The notes below the pieces were generated by a model. It made no database searches and had not been told where the DNA came from. It saw only the letters and a list, made by a program, of their open reading frames with translations. Source: Pseudomonadota bacterium (GTDB taxonomy: Bacteria > Pseudomonadota > Alphaproteobacteria > Rhizobiales > Rhizobiaceae). Taken from it: DNA of 64,000 bases. Of the stretch, positions 58,048 to 64,000 are shown piece by piece; the first letter of the stretch is position 1; every line of letters begins with the position of its first letter. The translations under genes were made by a program, and so were the position numbers. The stretch lies in NCBI GenBank assembly GCA_023457435.1, contig JAEWLS010000020.1, positions 19,932 through 83,931 on the forward strand, in the 5' to 3' direction.

Positions 58048-59003
58048 TGCAAATGCGCCTCGCACTCTCTCCCGAGAACAAGCCGATCGCGATCGCCTCG
58101 CTGTTCGTGGTCGCGATCCTGCTCGTCGGCACGGCGTACACGCTTTCCACCACTGACACCGCGCCGCTTCTGTCGCCGAACTATCTGCTGCAGCAGTTGC
58201 AGACCGGTTCCTTCCTCGGCATCTGCGCAGCCGGGATGATGGTCGTGATCCTGCTCGGGCACATCGACCTTTCGGTGCCCTGGACGCTGACCGCGGCCGC
58301 GATGACGGCGACCGCCGTCGGCGGCGACCTGGCGCTGCCGACGGCGCTTGCAGTCGGCGTGGCGGTCGGCCTTCTCAACGGTTTCGGCGTCGCGTTCCTG
58401 CGCATCCCGTCGATGATCTTCACGCTCGGCGTCGATACGGTGCTGCGCGGGCTGATGGTCGCCCAGACCGGCGGATTTGCGCCGCAGGATTCGGCGACGC
58501 CGGCAATGCTGTACCTCGCCAAGGAGCGCATCCTCGGCATTCCGGTCGCGATCTTCGTCTGGATCGCGGTATCGGCAGCGATCGCGCTTACGCTGACGCG
58601 GACCGGCTTCGGACGCTCCGTCTACGCGACCGGCTCGCGCGAGGCAGCCGCCTTCCTGTCCGGCATCCGCACGCGACGCGTCATCATCGGGGCGTTCCTG
58701 ATCTCGGGCATCTGCGCGTCCATCGCCGGCGTGCTGCTCGCGGGCTATTCCGCCAAGGCGTATCAGGGCATGGGCAACGCGTTTCTGCTGCCGGCGATCG
58801 CGGCAGTGGTGCTTGGCGGCACGCACATCCTCGGCGGTCGTGGGCGCTACGCCGGGACCGTCGTCGGCGTCATCCTGATCGTGCTGCTGAATTCGGTGCT
58901 TTCGATCACGCAGATGCCGGAGGCAGGCCGCCAGATCATCTATGGCTGCGTGATCATCGGCATGCTGCTCGTCTACGGACGCGGCAACCGCGTGACATCG
59001 TGA
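58047..59003 (+). CDS. Sugar ABC permease (RbsC-like)
   Basis: GHIDLSV, GRSVYATG, IAAVVLGGT; ATG overlaps the upstream stop. Confidence 0.92.
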   Translation: MQMRLALSPENKPIAIASLFVVAILLVGTAYTLSTTDTAPLLSPNYLLQQLQTGSFLGICAAGMMVVILLGHIDLSVPWTLTAAAMTATAVGGDLALPTALAVGVAVGLLNGFGVAFLRIPSMIFTLGVDTVLRGLMVAQTGGFAPQDSATPAMLYLAKERILGIPVAIFVWIAVSAAIALTLTRTGFGRSVYATGSREAAAFLSGIRTRRVIIGAFLISGICASIAGVLLAGYSAKAYQGMGNAFLLPAIAAVVLGGTHILGGRGRYAGTVVGVILIVLLNSVLSITQMPEAGRQIIYGCVIIGMLLVYGRGNRVTS

Positions 59004-59019
59004 AGGCTATCCGTAGGAC

Positions 59020-59093
59020 TGGAGCGGGTAGCGGGAATCGAACCCGCGCGTTCAGCTTGGGAAGCTGACAGGCTACCATTACATCATACCCGC
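59020..59093 (-). tRNA. tRNA-Gly(CCC)
   Basis: Reverse complement GCGGGTATGATGTAATGGTAGCCTG-TCAGC-TTCCCAA-GCTGA...GGTTCGATTCC...ACCCGCTCCA. Confidence 0.95.
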
Positions 59094-59136
59094 ACGCCGG
59101 CATTCTTCGGCGACCGCGAGGCCGCATGTCAAGGGT

Positions 59137-59490
59137 TCAGACGCCGGCCCATAGCGCAACGAGCGCCAGCGTGGCCGGCAAGGCCTGCACGAACAATATG
59201 CGGCGACTGGCGGTGGCGGCGCCGAACAAGCCGGCCAGCAGGACGCAGGCGAGGAAGAAGAGCTTGAACTCATAGCCCGCGTCGCCCCGGACAAGGCCGT
59301 AGACCAGGCCGGCGGCGAGAAACGCGTTGTACAGGCCCTGGTTCGCCGCGAGGACGCGAGACTGCGCGGCAAACTCGGGCGTGAGGCCAAACGCCCGGCG
59401 GCCGGCCGGCTTCTCCCACAACACCATCTCCAGGATGACGATATAGGCGTGGATCGCCGCCACGACGGCGATGAGGACGTTCGCAATCAC
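59137..59490 (-). CDS. DUF1304 family membrane protein
   Basis: HAYIVILEMVLW, LAANQGLYNAFLAAGL, VQALPA; GTG start after AGGAGA. Confidence 0.9.
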   Translation of the reverse strand: MIANVLIAVVAAIHAYIVILEMVLWEKPAGRRAFGLTPEFAAQSRVLAANQGLYNAFLAAGLVYGLVRGDAGYEFKLFFLACVLLAGLFGAATASRRILFVQALPATLALVALWAGV

Positions 59491-59692
59491 GGCCGATACA
59501 TCTCCTGTTTCGAGCCGATCCTGCCCCCGACCCGGCGGCAGAAGCAAGCCTGCCGCCCCCCGCGACGACAGCCCGCAGCGGGGCGTTAAGAACTCCGAAA
59601 GGTTAAGAAAATTCTGCGGTTTGACCCAGCGAAAGTGCGTGATACCTGTCCTGTTACGGGACATGCGGTGAGGGTCCTTTCTGGAGGCCCCA

Positions 59693-60397
59693 ATGGGTAT
59701 CGAATTGAAAAGTCACGGGATTTCCGATTCCGTGGGGTCGGCAGCGCTGCTTGCGACGCTGCGCGGGAAAATTACCGGGCGGCTCGCCCTGGGGCTAAGC
59801 CTGCGCGTCGACCGGTACGGGTTGAAGCGCGATCTGAACGTGCCGGTGGAACGTCCCTCGGCCAAGATTCCGATATCGGTCCGGTCAGCGCGGGCCGTGG
59901 ACCTGGACCGGCTCCTGTCGCCGGCCATGCCGCTCGATCCGGTCGAACGCCGGGAACTCCACGCACGCCGAAGCTTTGCCGAGAAGGTCGGCGGCGGCGC
60001 CTACGTGGCGATCGACGAGCGAACCGGCGTGCCGTGCTATGTGCAGTGGCTGCTCGGACCGTCGCAAAACCCGGTCATCGCTTCGCTCGGCGGCTTCCCC
60101 GCCCTGTCGGAGGGCGAGGCGCTTCTCGAAGACGCGTACACGCCGCCGTCGCATCGCGGCCTCGGCATCATGTCGGCGGCGATGGCGCTGATCGCGGAGC
60201 ACGGCGCGGACATCGGCGCCAGGCACGTCATCACCTTCGTCGGCGTGGACAACATCGCCTCGCTGAAGGGCTGCAAGAGAGCCGGCTTCGATCCCTACCT
60301 CGTGCACATGCAGACCAACTTCCTGTTCGGAATGATCCGCAGGGATCGGTTCGAGCCGCTGGCGGAGCACGACCCGCGCAGGCAATGGAAGTTCTAG
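59693..60397 (+). CDS. GNAT family N-acetyltransferase (paralogue 1)
   Basis: AYTPPSHRGLGIM acetyl-CoA motif, NIASLKGCKRAGF. Confidence 0.8.
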   Translation: MGIELKSHGISDSVGSAALLATLRGKITGRLALGLSLRVDRYGLKRDLNVPVERPSAKIPISVRSARAVDLDRLLSPAMPLDPVERRELHARRSFAEKVGGGAYVAIDERTGVPCYVQWLLGPSQNPVIASLGGFPALSEGEALLEDAYTPPSHRGLGIMSAAMALIAEHGADIGARHVITFVGVDNIASLKGCKRAGFDPYLVHMQTNFLFGMIRRDRFEPLAEHDPRRQWKF

Positions 60398-60503
60398 CGC
60401 GCCTGCGGAGACGGGCGCGGCAAGGCTAGGCAGCGGTCACGCAACGCGCGCCGTGCGCGTGCCGGCCGCTGCCGTCAGCGACAATTCCATTATCGAGGTC
60501 AAG

Positions 60504-61229
60504 ATGGGCGTCGAGACGATCCCCCAGGGACTTGCGGAACAAACATCGGTTCGCGAGGCCTTGTCGCGCCGGGCGCGCAACATCCGGCGACGGCTGGCCA
60601 GCGGTCTCGTGGCCGACTCGGTCCAGGTCGGGCTGAAGCGCGCGGCGATACGGCATCACGAGCTGCCTCCGTCGCCCTTCCCGCTCACCGTGCGGTTGAT
60701 GACGGATGCGGACCGCGGGTTGCTGCTGCCGCGCGACACGCGAAATCTAGACGAGGCGGAACACGGTGAAATCGCGTCGCGCCGCAAGCTCGCGGCGCTG
60801 TTCCCCGAATCCGGCTACGCAGTGATCGACGAGACGAGCGGTCGGCCATGCTACGCGATGTGGCTCATCGGTGCGGCGCAGAACGACCGGATCGCGCAAC
60901 TCGAAGGTCTGCCGCTGCTGGAAGCGCATCAGGTGCTGGCGGAAGGCGCCTACGTGCCGCCGTCGTATCGCGGGCAGCGGGTGATGACGGCGGCGGCGAT
61001 GCGAGCGCTGGCGCACGCCGAGAATCTCGGCGCAAGCGAGATCGTAACCTTCATCGGCGAGACGAACATACCTTCCATCAAAGGCGCGGTGCGCGGCGGC
61101 TTCGCGCCGTACATGCTGCATGTGCGCAGACACCTGGCATTCGGTATCTACTATTTCGACAGGTTCCGCCCGATCGACGGAAGCCATCCGCGCTTCGGCG
61201 GCATTTTCTCCGGCGCGGCGGCCGCTTGA
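60504..61229 (+). CDS. GNAT family N-acetyltransferase (paralogue 2)
   Basis: AYVPPSYRGQRVM, NIPSIKGAVRGGF; start MGVET parallels MGIEL of paralogue 1. Confidence 0.78.
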   Translation: MGVETIPQGLAEQTSVREALSRRARNIRRRLASGLVADSVQVGLKRAAIRHHELPPSPFPLTVRLMTDADRGLLLPRDTRNLDEAEHGEIASRRKLAALFPESGYAVIDETSGRPCYAMWLIGAAQNDRIAQLEGLPLLEAHQVLAEGAYVPPSYRGQRVMTAAAMRALAHAENLGASEIVTFIGETNIPSIKGAVRGGFAPYMLHVRRHLAFGIYYFDRFRPIDGSHPRFGGIFSGAAAA

Positions 61230-61281
61230 CTAGACGTTTGCGTCGCAGCATTCCTCGGCAACCCGCTGCTTCGGAGTTGCC

Positions 61282-62064
61282 GTGGACTCGCTCAGGACCT
61301 TCATCGAATCCCGCCGCTTCGAGGCGTTCATCACGGCGCTGATCGCGATCAACGCGATCACGCTGGGGCTCGAGACGTCGGAAATCGCGATGGCGCGTTT
61401 CGGCGGCGCGCTGCACGTCATCGACACCGCGATACTGGCGGTCTTCGTGGTCGAACTGCTGGCGCGGATCGCGGTCTACCGGACCCGCTTCTTCGCAGAC
61501 CCGTGGCGGATCTTCGACCTCGCGGTGGTCGCTTTCGCTCTCGTGCCTGCCACCGGCAACCTCTCAGTGCTGCGCGCGCTTCGCATCCTGCGCGTTCTGC
61601 GCCTGATCAGCATCGTGCCGTCGCTGCGGCGCGTCGTCACCGGCTTCATCGCCGCCCTGCCCGGCATGGGATCGATTATCCTGCTGATGGGACTGGTGTT
61701 CTACGTCTTCGGCGTGATGGCGACCAAGCTCTACGGCGAGACGTTCCCCGACCAGTTCGGCGAGCTGCCGGAGTCGATCTACACGCTGTTCCAGGTGATG
61801 ACGCTCGAAGGCTGGTCGGACGGCGTCGTGCGCCCGATCATGGAGGTGCACCCTTACGCCTGGACGTTCTTCATCCCCTTCATCGTGGCCACGGCTTTCA
61901 CGGTGCTTAACCTGTTCACCGGCGTCATCGTGTCGGCGATGGAAGCCGAGCATCAGGCGGAGGCGTCGAACGAGCGCGAAAAGCTGCAGGTCGAGCAGGA
62001 CGCGCTGATGGCGGAGATCAGGGCGCTGCGCGCCGAAGTCCGCGCCCTCGCCTACCGAAAGTAG
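61282..62064 (+). CDS. BacNav-family voltage-gated cation channel (6TM)
   Basis: S4 LRALRILRVLRL, pore TLFQVMTLEGWSD, S6 LNLF, C-terminal coiled-coil. Confidence 0.93.
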   Translation: MDSLRTFIESRRFEAFITALIAINAITLGLETSEIAMARFGGALHVIDTAILAVFVVELLARIAVYRTRFFADPWRIFDLAVVAFALVPATGNLSVLRALRILRVLRLISIVPSLRRVVTGFIAALPGMGSIILLMGLVFYVFGVMATKLYGETFPDQFGELPESIYTLFQVMTLEGWSDGVVRPIMEVHPYAWTFFIPFIVATAFTVLNLFTGVIVSAMEAEHQAEASNEREKLQVEQDALMAEIRALRAEVRALAYRK

Positions 62065-62067
62065 TTC

Positions 62068-63159
62068 TCAAAGGCTGCGAAAGTGCTTCGACAGCTTCAG
62101 GCCCTGAGCCTGATAGTTCGAGGCAAGATCGGCGCCGTAGAGGCGATCGGGCCGCGCCAGCATGTGCTCGTAGACAAGCCGGCCGACGGTCTGCCCGTGT
62201 TCGAGGATGAAGGGCACCTCGTGGCTGCGCACCTCCAGCACGGCGCGGCTTCCGGTGCCGCCGGCCGAAGAGTGTCCGAAGCCGGGGTCGAAGAAGCCGG
62301 CATAATGGACGCGGAACTCGCCCACCAGCGGATCGAACGGCGTCATCTCGGCGGCATGGAGCGGCGGGACGTGCACCGCCTCGCGGCTGACCAGAATGTA
62401 GAACTCGTCCGGATCGAGGATCAGTTCCTTGGAGCGGCGGACATGGATGGGCTCCCAGAAGTCGAGCACGTCGTGCTGCGCCTTCAGGTCGACGTCGATC
62501 AGTGCGGTGTGATGTTTCGCGCGATAGCCGACGAGACCATTCGCATCGCCCTCGAGGTCGATTGAAAGCGCGATACCGCTTCCGGAAATGTTCGGCCGCT
62601 CCGATGCCACCAGCGTCTCGGAGGCATGAAGGGCGCCGATCTCCGCTTCGGTGAGCAGCGCATTGCCGCGGCGAAAACGGATCTGGGAAAGCCGCGAGCC
62701 GGTGCGCACGACGATCGGGAAGGTGCGCGGGCTGACCTCGATGTAGAGCGGGCCCCGATAGCCCGCGGCGATCTTGTCGAACTCGCGGCCGCGATCGGTC
62801 ATCACGCGTGTGAAGATGTCGAGACGACCGGTCGAGCTCTTCGGGTTGGCCGAAGCGGAGATTTCGGCGGGGAGTTCGAGTGCCTCGATCAGCGGCACGA
62901 TATAGACGCAGCCTGTCTCAAGAACCGCCCCTTCGGTGAGCGGCACCTCATGCAGCTTGAGCCGGTCGAGCTTGTCGTTAACACTGAAGCCTTCGCCGGG
63001 CAGGAACGAAGCCCGCACGCGGTAGGCCACTTCGCCCAGCCGCAGATCCAGACTGGCCGGCTGTGTCTGGTCCGGATCAAGCGGACGCGACGCCGTCAGC
63101 GCGCCTGACGCGAAAAGCGCGGCGATTTCGCGGTCTGGTAGGATGCCGGTATTACGCAC
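62068..63159 (-). CDS. dcd: dCTP deaminase (alphaproteobacterial two-domain type)
   Basis: QPASLDLRLG, NPKSSTGRLD, HYAGFFDPGFG, NYQAQGLKLSKHF; GTG start at 63159. Confidence 0.92.
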   Translation of the reverse strand: MRNTGILPDREIAALFASGALTASRPLDPDQTQPASLDLRLGEVAYRVRASFLPGEGFSVNDKLDRLKLHEVPLTEGAVLETGCVYIVPLIEALELPAEISASANPKSSTGRLDIFTRVMTDRGREFDKIAAGYRGPLYIEVSPRTFPIVVRTGSRLSQIRFRRGNALLTEAEIGALHASETLVASERPNISGSGIALSIDLEGDANGLVGYRAKHHTALIDVDLKAQHDVLDFWEPIHVRRSKELILDPDEFYILVSREAVHVPPLHAAEMTPFDPLVGEFRVHYAGFFDPGFGHSSAGGTGSRAVLEVRSHEVPFILEHGQTVGRLVYEHMLARPDRLYGADLASNYQAQGLKLSKHFRSL

Positions 63160-63237
63160 AGGGCTCCGCCATTCGGTACACCACTCCCGAACCACCGGCC
63201 GGGCGTTGACGCAAGGGCGAGCCGGGGCTAATGAAGC

Positions 63238-63300
63238 GTTATCCCGTGGTGATTTGGCCGGTCGGCTTGCAGCCACGTTAAACAAGTCGCTAAAGGGCCG
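63238..63300 (+). ncRNA. SAM-II (SAM-alpha) riboswitch
   Basis: CCGTGGTGATTTGGCCGGTCGGCTTGCAGCCACGTTAAACAAGTCGCTAAAG matches the recalled SAM-alpha pattern; upstream of metZ. Confidence 0.9.
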
Positions 63301-63308
63301 TGGGTGTG

Positions 63309-63340
63309 AACCGGCTTGCGACTTTCGCGGCCGGTTTTTT
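63309..63340 (+). terminator. Intrinsic terminator in the metZ leader
   Basis: AACCGGC-T-TGCGA-CTT-TCGCG-GCCGGTT followed by TTTT. Confidence 0.75.
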
Positions 63341-63357
63341 GTTGTTTGGGGCAGAGC

Positions 63358-64000
63358 ATGAGCCAGGAAAAGCGCAAGTTGAGACCCGCCACGGAGCTGG
63401 TGCACGGCGGCACGCTGCGATCGCAATTCGGAGAAACGTCCGAAGCGATGTACCTGACCCAGGGCTTCGTCTACGCCAGTTCGGAAGCCGCCGAGGCGCG
63501 GTTCAAGGGCGAGGAGCCCGGCTTCATCTACTCGCGCTACGCCAACCCGACGACCGACATGTTCGAGAAGCGCATGTGCGCGCTCGAGGGTGCGGAGGAC
63601 GCACGCGCCACGGCATCGGGAATGGCCGCCGTTTCGGCGGCACTTCTATGCTCGGTGAGAGCTGGCGACCATGTCGTGGCGGCGCGGGCATTGTTCGGAT
63701 CGTGCCGCTGGGTCGTCGAGACGCTGATGCCGAAATACGGCGTCGAGGCCACGCTGGTCGACGGCCGCGAGATCGCGGAATGGGAAAAGGCCGTCAAGCC
63801 GAACACGAAGCTGTTCTTCCTCGAGAGCCCGACCAATCCGACGCTCGAAGTGGTCGACATTGCCGCGGTTGCGAAGCTCGCGAACTCCATCGGTGCCCGC
63901 GTCGTTGTCGACAACGTGTTCGCGACGCCGCTGCAGCAGAAGCCGCTGGAGCTCGGCGCGCACATCGTCGTCTACTCGGCTACGAAGCACATAGACGGCC
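63358..64000 (+). CDS. metZ: O-succinylhomoserine sulfhydrylase, N-terminal part (cut by window edge)
   Basis: Manual translation MSQEKRKLRPATELVHGGTLRSQFGETSEAMYLTQGF...YSRYANPT...ASGMAA...ESPTNP...YSATKHIDG. Confidence 0.95.
   Translation, partial: MSQEKRKLRPATELVHGGTLRSQFGETSEAMYLTQGFVYASSEAAEARFKGEEPGFIYSRYANPTTDMFEKRMCALEGAEDARATASGMAAVSAALLCSVRAGDHVVAARALFGSCRWVVETLMPKYGVEATLVDGREIAEWEKAVKPNTKLFFLESPTNPTLEVVDIAAVAKLANSIGARVVVDNVFATPLQQKPLELGAHIVVYSATKHIDG

Noticed and set aside
59586..59606. CtrA box upstream of the GNAT pair
   Set aside because: The TTAA half-sites are 13 nt apart rather than the canonical 7

Overview
64 kb of a high-GC alphaproteobacterial chromosome; gene order suggests Hyphomicrobiales/Rhizobiales, probably Phyllobacteriaceae-like (inference). 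The left end is housekeeping: proC end, an inserted vapBC, a SAF-domain oxidoreductase, tRNA-Thr, murA-DUF2948-hisD-UPF0262-LMW phosphatase-infA-maf-yacG and tRNA-Phe. About 32 kb of accessory, mostly catabolic DNA follows tRNA-Phe, with no visible integrase. It holds a quinate/shikimate TRAP locus; a ROK-regulated sugar ABC locus with three diverged glyoxalase-I paralogues, two Gfo/Idh/MocA enzymes and a cytoplasmic beta-propeller; a secreted caspase-family protein; a SnoaL + old-yellow-enzyme + TRAP + CouR-like MarR locus; a short MetE-like enzyme; and an orphan SBP. The right part has an L,D-transpeptidase, MMPL plus exported partner, an aminotransferase, mscL, an SLC5-fused hybrid kinase with its response regulator, pyrD, a FadR/FAH/sugar ABC locus, tRNA-Gly, tandem GNATs, a BacNav-type channel, dcd and a SAM-II riboswitch with terminator before metZ. 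The best leads are the channel filter TLEGWSD (CavMr-like, possibly Ca2+-selective), the triple-VOC sugar locus and the SnoaL/OYE locus. All calls come from motif recognition by eye; no database searches were run. No CRISPR, IS or prophage was seen.
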